In this document: piece after piece, positions 25,991 to 39,766 of the stretch
How the letters are laid out: each line of letters opens with the position of its first letter
How positions within the stretch are numbered: position 1 is the stretch's first letter
Assembly: GCA_009103225.1 (NCBI GenBank)
Contig: RHPI01000003.1
Location: 1 to 64,000 of the forward strand
Reading direction: 5' to 3'
Origin: Chlorokybus atmophyticus
Taxonomy: Eukaryota > Plantae > Mesostigma and Chlorokybus algae
DNA: 64,000 nucleotides
Notes under the pieces: model-generated
The model's input: the letters and a program-made list of their open reading frames with translations, nothing else
What the model was told of the DNA's origin: nothing
Databases searched by the model: none
Program-made: the position numbers and the translations under genes

Positions 25991-26499
25991 AATCTGCCCT
26001 CGTTATACGTATCGCTCTAACCCTAAACTGACGCCAAAATGGGAAAAGTCACACTGCACGCCTGTGGCTCCCGCCAACAGTCACTTCGCGCGCAAAAGTC
26101 CCCCAAACCCAAACGTCATTGCTAGCTGAGCGTTTTGTGTTGTTTGAATTCGAAGTTTCGAGCGGCAGCAAAACCCTTGCCTTTGACATTGACGTGACGG
26201 GCATCGCCCATACCCTCGCCGCCGCCGGCGCTGCCGCCGCCGCCGCTGCGAGCTTGTCGTGGGTGGCGTTGCTGAGGACGAGTGCTGTGTGGCTCTCTGT
26301 GTACGCACAGGGGAAAGGGTTGGGGCGGGACAGCTGGAGCAGAGCGTAGCCTTGCATTGCCTGGATGATGGGGTGGAGGGGGTAGGGGTGTGCTTGTGGT
26401 GGAGGTGAGTGGGCATTAGGGTCTTACCCAGCTTGGGAGAGGCGACGGTAGTGGTGCAAGTGGTGGAGCTGTTGGTGTGCTTGCGTGTTCCTCTCCAGC

Positions 26500-29400
26500 A
26501 TGGCTGCGTCGCCCTCCAGGCAGCAGCAGCAGACGGAGAGGCTGGGGTGCTTCTCTGTCACCGCAGTGGTGGAACGCAGCGGCATTTACATCCCGCCCAA
26601 GCACAAACATGTCGCCGTGGAGCTGCTTGACAAGTATGCAGAATACATTTTCAAACGCGCCACTGCATGCACAATGGGCAGGGAATGCAGGCGAATTTTC
26701 GGCCTGCACTGCATGTAACGGATGTAGTTGTGCATTGCTACGCCCAAAGTCGAACAGAACGGGGTTGAGTTGCACTGAGACTGCACTGTCCTGTAAACAA
26801 TTTTAAGCAAAAACACTGCGCAGTTTAATAGCAGTCAGAGGCTAACCCCATTCCACTGCTCAGACGTAGTCTTACTGCATGCGTGCAACTTTGTCATCAT
26901 TTGGTGTGAGAAGACAACTGTTACAGTCCGTAGTATCTGACGGAGCTGCTGCTCTTCATAGATGCCTGCCCGCACCCACCCGGGCTGGAGCAAACAATCG
27001 CGTGTACGCGGATGCCGACCTGGCGCTGCGATGTGGAGAGGGGTCAAGCGCATTTATTGTGCCCATCGCCGCCCTGTGTGCCATCATCGACTTGAACGTG
27101 CAAAAAGGTGTGTTAAGCGTTACCAGACTTATGTGACATGCTATGTTAACAAGGGTTGGACACTGCACTGTGGCATTGTGTGACAACACTAGCAGCAAGT
27201 GTTGGACGCTCTATGTGGTTCGAAACAATCAGTGTTGCAACCAACAGCTCCCCCACACCTTTGTTGAAACTACCAGCCTTCAAGGCGTTTCTTTTGTCTC
27301 AACTGAGTAATATCGACAGTTACCAAAGAGAATGGTTTGTAACGCGCAACCTTGCATGCGCTAACTTTTCAACCAAACAGGCAAGTTGACGGTTCTGGCT
27401 CAAGGCGACATTGCAGTGCTGATGCAAGGCGAGGCCACTCAGCTGCAGCAGCTGGGGAGCTGGCTCAAGCTGGTCCAGCAGGGTCGTAGGAGCGGCAAGG
27501 GCATTGAGAGCAGCACGCTGGGTCCGTGCACCGCATGCCAACAGAAGGACTCTCAGGCCGCCCGCAATGCTGAAGAGCGCAAGCGGAAGCGAGAGGAAAC
27601 AGCAGAGAAGAAGGAAGCTGAGGTGAGTCACGCAACATAGTGCGCGTGCATGTGACGTTGTGTGTGCGTGCACATGCACACGCGTGCGTGCGTGCGTGCG
27701 TGCGTGCTTGCTCGCATCTGCGTGTTTGCACGCTTGTCTCAAGTTGCGCCTCAGCTTTTTGCCATGTGTCTGGCAGTATGTTGAGCAATGTGGATAGGTT
27801 GTTTTGTTGACAGTGGTATGCACTCCAGGCCAAACGCCATCAGAAGCTTGCTAAAGAGAGGGAATTACAAGATCAGAAGCAAGATAGAGCGCACAGTGTT
27901 GAAGAGCCGAAGCAGCACGTGCCACAGGAGGGAGTGCCAAGGAGACAACCACGAGTGCTTCCGAGCAAGGATTCCGAGCAGAGCAGAAGCGAGGACCAAC
28001 TGCGTGCTGAGGCTGAGCAAGCAAAGCGCAAACAACAGCAAGAAGAGAGGCAGCGGAAGCTTGCTAACGAGAGGAGGCAACAGGAGACGGCACTGCTGCA
28101 TAAAAAGTTGGAGGAGGGCAGGCAGCAGTTGCTGGAAAGAGAGCGGCGACACAAGGAAGAAGTGGAGCTACAGCGCAACCAAGACCAGCTAAGAAGAACA
28201 GAACAACACGCATCTGATGCAGCTCAAAAAGCACGATCACCACCAGCAGCACGAGATGAACCCAGCGGAGTTGGCAGAGAACACGGCGATCAGGAACCTT
28301 ATGGTTGTCAACATCATGCGCAGGAGGAGACCGCTGGGAAGCCGCAAGAAGAGCAGCAGCAGGCAGCAACAGCACAGGTTGACAACAAGGCGCAAGAAGA
28401 CGAGGCCAGGTTATCTGCCGCTCTGCAAGAGCAAGCACGCCGAAAGGCTGAACTGCAAAGGCTGGCTCAGGTATTGGCACTTGTCTATGTAAGGCTCGCG
28501 TTGATAGCCAATTACCTTCTTTCACATGCTTCACCAAACGACTGGTATATGACAGGCAAAGAAGGCTGCCAGGGAGGAAGCGGAACGCAAGAAAGAAGAG
28601 CAGAAAGCGCTACACCGAAAAGTACGCCTGTGCCTGTTGGGATGTGTGTCATTGGTCAAGCCAGTCATGTGATGCTAAATGTTGTTCTGTTGTGCCTCAG
28701 CAACTGGCAGAGGCTGAGAGACGGCGAAAACTCCTGCAAGAGAGGCAGGCTGAAGAGGAGGGCCGCCAAGTTTGCAGGCAAAGAAAAAGGCCCGCACCAA
28801 AAGATGCAGAGGAACACTGTACAGAAGAGTGCGTGACTTATTGCTGATGTACTCAGCTGAGCGCTGAAGGCAGCCATGCCTGTTGTGTTGCTCATGACAT
28901 CCGTGTGCTATCGCAGAGTGCCAAATGGAACAGCTGATGCCAACAGCCAAGCCAACGAGCTGGATGATGAAAGCCTGGCCAACATTCACAGGATGCGGCA
29001 GGTCTGAAATTTTGCAGATGGTTGCTGTTGCTGCTAGCGTGCTCTCTAAAAGCCAAGAGTGTGTTGACATGATGCGTGCAGGAAGCAGAAGCACACATGG
29101 CCAAGCTACGGAAGCTGCAGAGGCCGCAGAGTGCCAAACCTTCTGTTCCTCAACCAACACAGGAGGTACGCTAGCAAGCCTTCCACATGGTTATGCATGT
29201 TCAGATCAGTGTGTGACTGGTCGTGACGTGTGTCGTGTGCAGGACATTGCCAAAGCAGCTGCAGAAAAGCGAAAGCAACAGGAGCAGGTGCAGGAGAGAC
29301 AACGCGTTGAGGAGGAGAAGCGTGTGGAAGAGCAGAGGCAGAGGGAAGTGGAGCAGAAGCAGAAGGAAGTGGAGCAGCAGCAAGCTGCGCGGGCCAAGAA

Positions 29401-30926
29401 GCTGCAAGAACTGAGGCAGCAGAAGGCAGCGGAGCGGCAGAGGCTGCTGGAGGAGCAGCGAGCTAAGGCGGAGACGCAATGGAAGCAGCAAGAGGAGCAG
29501 CAGCGACAGGCGGAAGCGGAGAGGCAGCGGCAAGCTCAGGAGCAAGCAGAGAGTGAAAAGGTACGCTTAGTCACGTGAGCATCAAGTCATACAGGTTGCA
29601 GCTCTGTTGGCTGAGTTGCCAGCGATGCATTCTGACTGTAGTGCCACTCTTCAGGCTCGTGCTCAGCGTGAAAAGGAGGCCGCGCAACGTTTCATGCAGG
29701 AGGTTGCGGAGAGGCTGAGGACAGAAGCAGTAGAGAAGTTGAAGCAGCACCAAGCGGTACGCACATCGTGTGAGGGTGCTATGTCTATCACTAGGTACTG
29801 TCCAGCTGGTACCATGCTCAGCTTGTGTATCGTCTTTGCAGGAAGAGCAAGCTGCTGCCAAGAAACGAGTGGAGGAAGCCGCCGTGTTCAAGAAGGCTCA
29901 GGACGAAGCTGCAGCCGCTGCGGGTGAGCTGGAGCGAAAGCGGAGGGCACAGCAGGCTGAAGATGCACACAGAGCAGCAGCTGCTGAAACAGAGAGGAAG
30001 AAAGTTCAGGCCGCGGCTGCAGCAGCAGCCGCCGAAGCAGAGAGGGTCAGGGCCGCTACTGCGGCTGCCGCTGCTGCAGCGGCTGCGAATGCAACTTCAG
30101 CTGCTGCGAAGAAGAAGCAAGCAGCAGCTGAGAAGCGGAAAGCAGCCGTGGCAGAGAAGAAGAGAGCGAAGCAGGAAGCGGCCAGGCAGTATGCAGAGAA
30201 GTTTCAGAAGGAGGCGGAGCGTATCAGGCAGCAGCAGGCTGAGGCTGCAGCACGCGCAAAGCGTGAACAAGAGGTACACCTTGCGCTTTCGTTCTACAAC
30301 CATGTGCACTCGGCCAACATGCGCGTGCGGAAACTTGGTACTTGCAGACTCGTCATTGAGTTTGAACTAAGGCACCGCAGCTGCACGCTGTTAATTATAC
30401 GTGTGGCACGTATTGCAACAGGAGCTGCAGCGCAATATACGAGAGGAGGCGGCAGCCAGGCTCCGGCAGCAGCAGGCTGAGATTAACATCAAGCAGAACC
30501 TTGCATACTATCAGGAGGAGTTCAGGAAGAAGTGGGAGGCGTTCAAGACCTCCCCTCCATCGGTAATCACTTTCAGCAGCGTACCCTGGCCACCTCTCCT
30601 ATCCAACCCGCTTGGCATCAGAGGCATCGAGAACCCGGCCGACATCAAGAAAGAGCAGCGCAAGTTCATCCTGCAATGGCACCCGGATAAATTCCAGCAG
30701 GTAAGTGCTTAGCCAGAGCAGTGCCTGGTTGATTGTGGGCAGTTGATGCGTGGTATAGGTAATTGCTCCGCACGTACGACACATTGCAACTCCCTCAGCT
30801 GTTCTTTCCATCTCCTTGCAGGCGTTTGGAAGATATCTTGTCGAGAGTGAACGAGAGAAGATAATGGGGAGGGTTTCTGAGATATTCAGGATAGTCAATG
30901 AGGGCCTCTGGAAACTGTTAATTTAG
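26500..30926 (+). CDS. Long Q/E/A/R coiled-coil protein with C-terminal NFKBIL1-type J-like domain
   Basis: VPWPP...KFILQWHPDKFQQ|AFGRYLVESEREKIMGRVSEIFRIVN; charged exons at 27.5-30.5 kb; linkage of the N-terminal exons is less certain. Confidence 0.72.
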
Positions 30927-31177
30927 CCGTGCCCGCACGGCATGCACACGGCTTTCTTGCACAGTGGCACATAGCGAGCTACTACCAACATATATAGACA
31001 TATGTCATACTAAGCCAGCTGGCCACACAAGCGTGTGCATACTGTACCATCCCTGTGAGCACAGGCTCCCACACACGTACCAGTCACTCAATTTTAGGGT
31101 CAGCAGCCTATATTGCTGCGGACTTATCACGTCTACATACATCTACATATGTACAGTGGCTGCAGCTTTCCTGGCCG

Positions 31178-33958
31178 TCAGCTAGGTTGTTCAATGGGGT
31201 CTGCGTTCATTGCTGCATAACCTGCATGCGTGGCCTTGTACATGTCCAGCAGATGCTGACCGCTTGTGGTTGGAGGATACCTGGCAACCCAAGACAAAAG
31301 GAAAAAGTAAACACAGCTATCAGTCAATTCTCAACTAAAGCGCACATGTTTTCTGCATATTTGTGTCAACAACACAACAGCAGCAGAGGAGCACACAGTG
31401 AATGCGTGCCAACATGCAGTTGCCCCTCGTGGAAATGGCCATATGTTGAGACGGCCAGGCTGTGCGTTACCTTGGTGGCCGGTCCTTGCAGCATTCGCCT
31501 AAGCACTCCACAACACAATCAAAGTTCGGCTCAAAGAAAAATGGGATGGAGAACCGTTCACAACCTGGCAGCATCCATACTAGAATTGCTTTATGCAAGG
31601 GATGCATTCATGATGCTCATCAGCAGTACCCACCAGCAGTATTTCAACAGTTGTCTGTAGTAAGAGGGCACGGCTCTGAAGCTAACGGTCAACAAGAAAT
31701 CAAGTTCACCTTGTGTGTTAATCACTCGATGCAATGTGGAGCGAAAGCTGTCGTTACTCCATCGCTCAAGCATGTCGCCCAAATTGACGATGAAAGCCCT
31801 GCAAAGTCACAGTGTACAAACCCACCCAATGTGTGGGTGAGTGTGCATGCGCATCCGCGTCTCTGTGTGTGCATGTGCATGCGAGTGCGTGCGTGCATGT
31901 TAGCAATACAAAGCAAGAACGGTTGATTACTCTGGTTTTGGTGGCACTTCAATCCAGCCTGTCAGTTGGCCCGTCTGCTTATCGCGCAGGTTGATTTGCA
32001 GCCCAGGCTTGTTGTCAGTGGACAGAAGCGTGAGCATGCCGTAATCGCTGTGCGCGCCCGCCGCATAGACACCCTCGTCCGGTCTACACAGCAATGTAGC
32101 TTCAACACCCAACCAACAACACTTACCGAACACACGCACACTGTACCTGGATGGCTCCGGCGCATAGCGCAGCAGCCTTATGAACACCATCGGGTCGTCA
32201 AAGCGTCCTGGCTGATCAAAGAAGCCGTCTTGCAAACCAAGTGCTTCACCAATTAGGCGAGTGACTCTCATCCCCAACTCACTGCACACGAAACGATGCA
32301 ACCCTTATCACCCTGCAAAGTGCGAATGACCTTCAACGAGTACTTCACTGCACATTCTTTACGCGCGCACAGATATAATGATAAGAGTGATGATAAGAGT
32401 GTTTGCTATACCGTATCTGATGCAAGTACTCTTCCATTATCTCCCGCCAGCCGGGAAGCAACTCTGCGCAAGAAACACTTTACATCCACATGTGTCAACA
32501 GGAACGCGAAAGCCAACAAGCCCAAGTGCTGTCCATGAGACAAGCACGTCACGGGTCTGAACAGAACAGACCTGAGTCTGGCCATTGGTTTGGCCCGTGC
32601 AAGGGCTTCTGAGCCTGCTCGCTCCCTGCTGCCACCTCCTTGCCTATGTAGTACCCCTCCTTGCTGTCACCTAACACAAGCCCCGCATGCGTAAGAAATA
32701 CTGCGTAGGTGAGTAAGTGGGTGCTTGCAAGTATGTGCGTGCGCGTGTGATGCGCGCACATGCCTGTTCACATATTCACATGCACGCGCGCATGGTGCGT
32801 GTGTGTGCATGCGTGCATGCATATGCGGCTTTGTGTCTGCATGCGTGCTAGCGGGTGCGCGCGTGTTGGCATGTGCGTTTGTGAGAGATGCGTGTAGCAC
32901 GAGAGTACGTACATGTCCGTGTGTGTGTGTGTGCATGTGTGCGCGCACATGCACGTGTAAATATGCGAGCACGTGACACAATCTACATGCGAGGCAAGCA
33001 CTCTTCCAACGATCTCTCAACACCAACCTTACCTTGAGAGGAGTTTGCGGGGTCCAGTGTCTCTTCCCGCACGGGCGTGTATCCGCGGTTGTTAGCGTCG
33101 GCAAGCGTGCGCATCTTCGTCTCTAGCGGCAGCGCGAAGAAGGCTCGCGCGTGGGCGTACACCGCTTCAATGAGGGACACATCCACCCCGTGATTGGTCA
33201 GGTAGAAGAAGCCGTACTCCTCGCAGGCCTGGAGGAAGAAAGGTGGGTTTTATGTTGGGATTGAGGTTCGACAAGCAACAAAGACAACCACGGAAACTAA
33301 TTGTGTAAGTGTCCTGTTTGCGATTCAGTTCTTTCAATTGAATGCACAGAAGTCTGTCATGAAGCCAGCACAGCTTGCATGCACACGTGTTGTGAGGACT
33401 TTCTGTGGGCTGGACTGTGAGGACTGTGAGCACTGCCAGCCCCGGGAAACAACGAAGCGTAGCATGGCAGCCTGCTATGTGTTGTTGAAGAGTCCCTAGT
33501 GGTGGTGGTGACGTTTTATAGCTCAAGCTCCAAGGCGGCAATGTGTGCAGGTTGCAGTTGAATTCAAAGGATCATCAACAGCAACACAACACAGTCACAC
33601 GAATGCTCAATCTACAACAACGTACATCACAACCGTGACGCTCTTGCATGTGCCAAGCTTGCTTGACGTCACGTCAACAGGCTTCAGTCCGGCATTGACC
33701 GGGCCTGGCCAGACCAGGCCTTTAAGAGACAAAATTCTGGCCTGGTCGGGTCGGGTCTGGTCTGATCTGGCCTGGCTCGCTCTCGGTGTGTCCAGCAGGA
33801 CAGACCCGCTTTCAATGGCTTACGCTGCGCAGGGCGGCGACGGCGGCGTCCCGCGGGAGAGCCAAGTCCACCACGGGAATGCTGCTGATATAACCCAGGC
33901 TCACTGACTCCTTCTCGTCCTCCATGGGCGGGGACACCGCTGGCGCCGCCTCCGTCAT
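31178..33958 (-). CDS. 2-oxoglutarate/Fe(II)-dependent dioxygenase (DIOX_N plus 2OG-FeII_Oxy; IPNS-like)
   Basis: [43 protein letters not shown] (HxD), [29 protein letters not shown]. Confidence 0.95.
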
Positions 33959-34967
33959 CCCCATTCCCGCCGCTGACGCACTTGCAAACGTCACAGCTCG
34001 CAGTCTGGTGCAGTAGCAGCAAGTCTTCAGCAATACTCGTTATTGCACTGCTCTTCTTGCGTAGGCTGCTTTGGTAGGTCGTGCAGTTGTATAGGGTAGA
34101 ATAGAGGGGCCACAAAGTATCATGAACCAGCAGGCAGGATGGCGGCAAAACCTCAAACACCAACAGAGACAACAACAGCACAGCTATTTAAGCCAGGCTT
34201 GTAACCGCAGCAGGCTTGACGCTCATTGCAGATGCACTCATAATGCTCACAGTGGGCCTTGTGTTGGTCTACTCACTAATATGTACAACGTGGTGTCACA
34301 TTGCGCCAGTTGCTCCAACATAGTACCGCCGTGACAATAACACCAGCCTAGCCCATGTGCGTGCACACACACAATACTGCATCACATTCTGACAGACACT
34401 AACTTCTATGCCGCCATCTATGCGCGGTGCCATATCCACCTGCGCAGTAGGGGTTCACTTGTACTGGCTGGCTATTACTACTTCCTCCCACCAGATTGCA
34501 TGCTTTTTGCACAACGTGCATGGCAGCCAGCTGCGTATCAAACACAAGTATACAAGTAACTTGGCACACAAGTGCATAAGATCGTACCTGCCACAACAGC
34601 ACATGTGCACCCTTGATCACCAGACAATGCAGCTGGTGTCAAGCACAACCGACTGCGTGTAATAGCCGGTAGTAGTGTATTGCAGTACGACGAGTTGCTA
34701 TGTTCGTCCTGACAAAACGTTTTAGGCAAGCAAGTGATGCACATCTAACCTGATCATGTGACACTCGTGCCTAAACCTCCAGCATAAACTCATTCGCCTC
34801 TTGGGCAATCAATCATGGCCAAAAACGACCTAAGTACTTGGTGCTGACTACCAACGTCAGTCAAACTACGTGAAACTAGCCTTCAAACACTACAAAGGTG
34901 GGTGTAGACACACTCACTACAAACCAATCGCGCCTGCGTCATGCACTAAGCACTGACTTTTTCCCAA

Positions 34968-37610
34968 TCACTGGTCCAAGGAGCTGCCGGCCTTGACAAG
35001 TACGAAGAGTGAACCGAGGTCCCCACGAGTGATGCGCAGCTCATCATCCAGGTACGTCGTGATAAGCCAGCCGGAGGGCGCGCTGCCAAACAGCGATGGG
35101 ATGGGGACCGAAATCGGGGTCGCGTACGCCACGGCATTGATGATCTGGTCCAGCAAAGCCTCCAGTGGCGACGCAAGCACCTGCAAGAATCATTTATTCG
35201 GGTTGGGATACTACTACATCAGAGTATATTGCCACTAAACACCTTGGAGATGGTTTAGGGGACAACAGACAGCTGATTCAAGGATGCATAAACATGCAGC
35301 GCTTTCTCACCTGCAGGGGACCTGTATCTACTTGCGTCCCAAAGACAGACACCATCCTAGGGAAGACCAAGCCACGCTTCTCCGGCTTGCCAAATGTTCC
35401 TCGCTTAAAGCGCACCTGTCATAGCCAGTAACGGTTACAGCAAACTCAAGGCTATTATCACCTTGGTTCTTACTCAATCAATACCTGTACGCGCTTGCCG
35501 GTGCGGATCTCAAAGTCAGCTGACACACTGTACGCGTTTTTCGCAATTGGCGTTGAGTAGTTCACCTAGGCAACATATGCACACATGCGCATCAGCCGAT
35601 TCACAGTTGCTGCCACAGCAGAAAGAAAAAAAGGCTGTGGCATAGGTAGCAAAGCCAAAGAGCAAAAGGCATACCTCATTGACAATGGTCAAAGCCCTTG
35701 AGTTAATGATCTGCTTGATATCTCCAATGGTGAAGCCCGGCAGGCGGTTGGCAACCAGCAGCGGGAACAACTCCGAGTTCGCGGTATACACCAGCTTCCA
35801 CTCTCCATCGAGCTGCTCGAGCTGGTCGGTCGGTGCCTCGGAGGGGTTGGAGGCCTCCAACTGGCCAATAATCTCGCTAATCTCTGCACGGATCTCGCTG
35901 CTCGCGTTAAGGCCGCGCTCAAGCCCGTAAAGAGTGTCAATGAGCAGCGCCTTCAGCTCGCCAGCATCAGACACACCCTCCTTCAACTGTGATGAAACAC
36001 AACAACACAAGTGAGCAAACTGACAGTCCAATCCCACAGTCAGATTGGTAGCAAACTATCGTTTCTCATTTACAAAATACTATTGTGGCTGTTGTAAGTG
36101 CGTTGGTGAGTACCTTGGCGTCAGTCACCCGGGCCTTCTGCTTGAGCTTGGGGTCATCGACAACATCCCTAGCATCCTCCACCATGCTCCTGACGGCCTT
36201 GTTAAAGCTTGTGCCAGCCTTCTCGACGGTCTCCTCCACATCACGCGACAGCCGATCGGCACTGTCAACAGCGTTGGGCTCTTCCAAACTCAATCTTGAA
36301 GTTGGCTCCTGACAAAGAGAAACAGCACACTTCAACACCCAATCGCATATCACAGGTAGGCAATAGCCAACACGGTTTTAAGGTGTGCTTGGGTGCTGCA
36401 CTGATGATGCATGCATATTCATTCATGTAACAATGCTTGACTTCATGTGTGCCGCATGTCCAATACCCCTGGGATGTTGGTGACGACAACTGTCTCCTTG
36501 ACATCTTCCTGGCCACGGCCCAAGTCAACCGTTCCACGCATAACCTTCAAGTCCATCTCTTCCTCCTCATCATCACCAAGGTTAATCTCAATGCCAGCGG
36601 CTGCAGCCAAGTCTTCAACGGTGTCTTCTGTATTCTTGCGGACATCATCACCAAGGTCCTCAAGATCCTGCGAGGTTGCAAGCAGTAAGCATGTGACTTC
36701 AACAACGTGGTGTGCAGAGCAAAACCACAGAGCCAGTTAGACTGATGGCTTCCAAGACAGGCCATAATATGCGGCGACTGCAATGTTCCTTACCCTTCTC
36801 AGCTTGGTTCCCTGCTCGTCGGCAACATCTCGCAGCTCATCAGCACGCTTCTGTGTCCTTGACTTGTCATCGGGACTCCTGTTGATGATTATCTTTGGTG
36901 CTTCGTCTTCGGTGTTGGTCTTGCGGACTTCATCATCAAGTTCCTCAAGAGCCTGTAAGGTTGCGAGCAACCCGCATAAGCATCTACCAAGTCAGCGCGC
37001 CAGTACAACCATACGTGCCAAGCTTGATTGATGGCTTCAGATACTGCAACACCATGACATGCTGATTGCAATGCTTACCCTTCTGAGCTCAGTTCTCTGC
37101 TGATCAGCAATGTTGAGCTGCTCGCGCAGCTCATCAGCACGGGACTTTGGCCTTGACACTGGTATCTCATCGGCATCCCTGTCTGTAAATACAAAGGGAT
37201 ATATGTGACTTTGCATGCTTTGTGGAACACAAGCTGTACTGAAAAACCAAGACAAGGTTGACTGTAATTGCGAGCAGCGTTGGTACGATAGACTTCAGCG
37301 TGCAAACAGCAACGGTAGCAAGTAAAGGGCAGTATACGAATGTGCACTAATAACACAAGCATGTTTTTTGCTTGCTAGTTACTGCTCAGTCCCTGTGCAC
37401 AAAGGCAGTGGCCGTACCCTTGGCAGTGCAGATGTGCGAGGCGCGGTTGTTGCGGCTGCCAGCAGAGAAGCTTGCGGCAAGCTTGCGGCCTGCGAATGCT
37501 GACTTTAAGGCCGCCCTCGGCCTGGCAGCGGGTGCCTGCACAACCTCGCCGCTCTGCACCCTCCAAGTGCCTACAGTAGCGCCCACCGCTAGCTCTGTCA
37601 CCCCCGCCAT
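34968..37610 (-). CDS. FBN: Plastid fibrillin (PAP_fibrillin) with a long acidic insert
   Basis: LKALLIDTLYGLERGLNAS...LEASNP...LDGEWKLVYT; WLITTYLDDELRITRGDLGSLFVLVK; transit peptide. Confidence 0.92.
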
Positions 37611-38194
37611 GACTGCTACTTCTTTCCTGTGCAGGCAAGGTGCTGTTGCCAACTGCCGAATGAATCAAGCAATCAGACGCAGTTGTGACAGCTGGACAGC
37701 GTGTAAGCTACGTCTTGAGCTAGAAGATGACAGCTGGGACATGCAAAGCAAGAAAGGTGAGCTGGGCATGAGATCCAGGCCAACTGCACACCAGAATGTG
37801 CATGCAATGCAGCTGCTCGGCAAACGGAGCAAAAGGGACAGCAATAGGGACAGCAATAGGGAGAAAACCCTAACATGTATAACAACCCCGTAGCATACTG
37901 GATGCTGCGCTACCAAGCTTGGGCAGCTTACCACCCAACCCCACGCCCAGACAAATACCAGCCAACCCTCGATGCACACTTTATGCAGTATTTCCGTGTC
38001 AACCGCACACTCGCAAGCACATGCCGCACTGAAGCCTACACCACGACAGCTTCGCTCACCTTAACCGCCGCCGCCCGTTCCTCCTCCTGCTCCTCCTCCG
38101 CCGCAAGTGTGTGTGAGGCGTGTCACAACACCGAACCAATGCCAGTCCTGCCCCGAGTTCGCAGCCGTCGGATGAGATGCGGCGGAGAAACACG

Positions 38195-38212
38195 CGACGT
38201 GGCCACGTCGGC
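38195..38212 (-). promoter_or_regulatory. Double-ABRE palindrome overlapping a DRE/CRT core upstream of fibrillin
   Basis: CGACGTGGCCACGTCG palindrome; minus strand reads GCCGACGTGGC. Confidence 0.5.
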
Positions 38213-39674
38213 AGGGCGATGGGACTTGCCACCTGGCCGCTCCTCTGTCGCAGAGAGAGATCTGTCCCGTCGTTACCTTGCTTGCGAGTCCTTCCTAGCC
38301 TACTAGGGTAGGGAGCCTAGGTCAGAATGCTAACACTCCATGCATGTTGGTAAGGTATTACGTGTAAGGTGTTACAGCTATGAGTGATCAAAAGGAAGGT
38401 GGTTATCTGCTGCCCAGCGTTCCAAGTATGGCTTGTGCAATTGATGGTGTTTCAATCTCTTTTCGGGAAGGGGGAGGGNGGGGGCATCACACGACGGTTT
38501 TCATGTGTGTCCAACATTCAGCATTTATTATACAATTGCATCACGCACTTGTAGTAAATGAGCATTTGTTGCATTGCACCTTTTTCTTGGAGTAAACTTG
38601 TATTAATATAAATGCACGCAAAAATGTATAGAGGCACAGCATCCCCCGCCTTCACTTCCCCCTTCTCTGCTATGCCCTGCCAATTGTGATGTGATGCCTT
38701 GCTGCCGTGCCAACCCATGAAACGCATGCTGCTTTTATCTCCTTGCCATTGCTAAAACTTTGCCTACTCTCCTCCGCCACATTGCATGCACGTAAATAAA
38801 AGCACATGGCTAGGCGCTGCCGCTACCTTGATATACATGATCTATTATACACACAACGCACTGCTCAGTGTGTATTGTTTGTGGCTGCGTAATTTTGCTC
38901 TTTCTTGCATGTGCTTGTTTGTGTGTCTTGCATAAGCGTTATCGGATAGCCTATATCATACAAATACGAAAGCGATGCATGTATTGTAAACATGTTACAA
39001 CATGCAGCAACATAAAAAGTGCACTCTATGAACTTGTTTGGAATAGCATTTATTTTGAATTCTTGTTGTTAGACATTAACTCACGCATTACACATTACAC
39101 AAAGTTTTATTTGTAGCGCATAACACCTACACAAGATCATACACATTGCACATGTCAGCCCGTCAGCATAATGCCCTCAAAATCGTTTGCCAAAATACTT
39201 TGATAAAACACTATGCACAAAGCTACCTACCTGATCTTTTACTTAAATGTAGTAAACCTTTTCTTAAAACATGCGAACCACCTTAAAACGACCATATCAC
39301 TTGTAGCTGTAGGACACACATTATGAGACAGAATGTATGATCATCACGGTGTTTGTAGACGTCACGTCTACAAACACCGTGATGATGTCGATGTGATGCA
39401 CGGTGCATCACATCGACAAATGTGGTAAGGCGGTTCCCAGATTCGCTTGCAATGCCATTGCAAGCAACGTTCAAGCAGCGTCAACACGTCAGCAGATGAG
39501 GTCGCACTAATTGATTACTCACACGAAGCCAACATCGCCAACAAGTTCGCAATGACATTTTAAGTCTCTCCCTTGCAAGACCCTTTGAACGTGTCTGCAC
39601 CATCAGGCCGCAATAACACGCACGCCTCTCCACATGACATTTATGAACACATGCGGATGCGATTCTATGAAATA

Positions 39675-39675
<1 letters not shown>

Positions 39676-39766
<91 letters not shown>
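39676..39766. repeat. Poly-C run (91 nt) ending at an N; length unreliable
   Basis: Directly visible. Confidence 0.6.

Noticed and set aside
27386-27480. Acylphosphatase-like motif (GDIAVLMQGEATQLQQLGSWLK)
   Set aside because: Only one strand-helix resembles it; the GxVQGVxFR signature is absent.
33700-33790. CCAGACCAGGCC/GGCCTGGTC hairpin in an intron
   Set aside because: Built from short GGCCT/GGTCT repeats, with no independent support for function.
39676-39766. 91-nt poly-C, plus poly-G at 41309-41337, as G-quadruplex elements
   Set aside because: An N directly follows the poly-C, so these run lengths may be sequencing or assembly artefacts.
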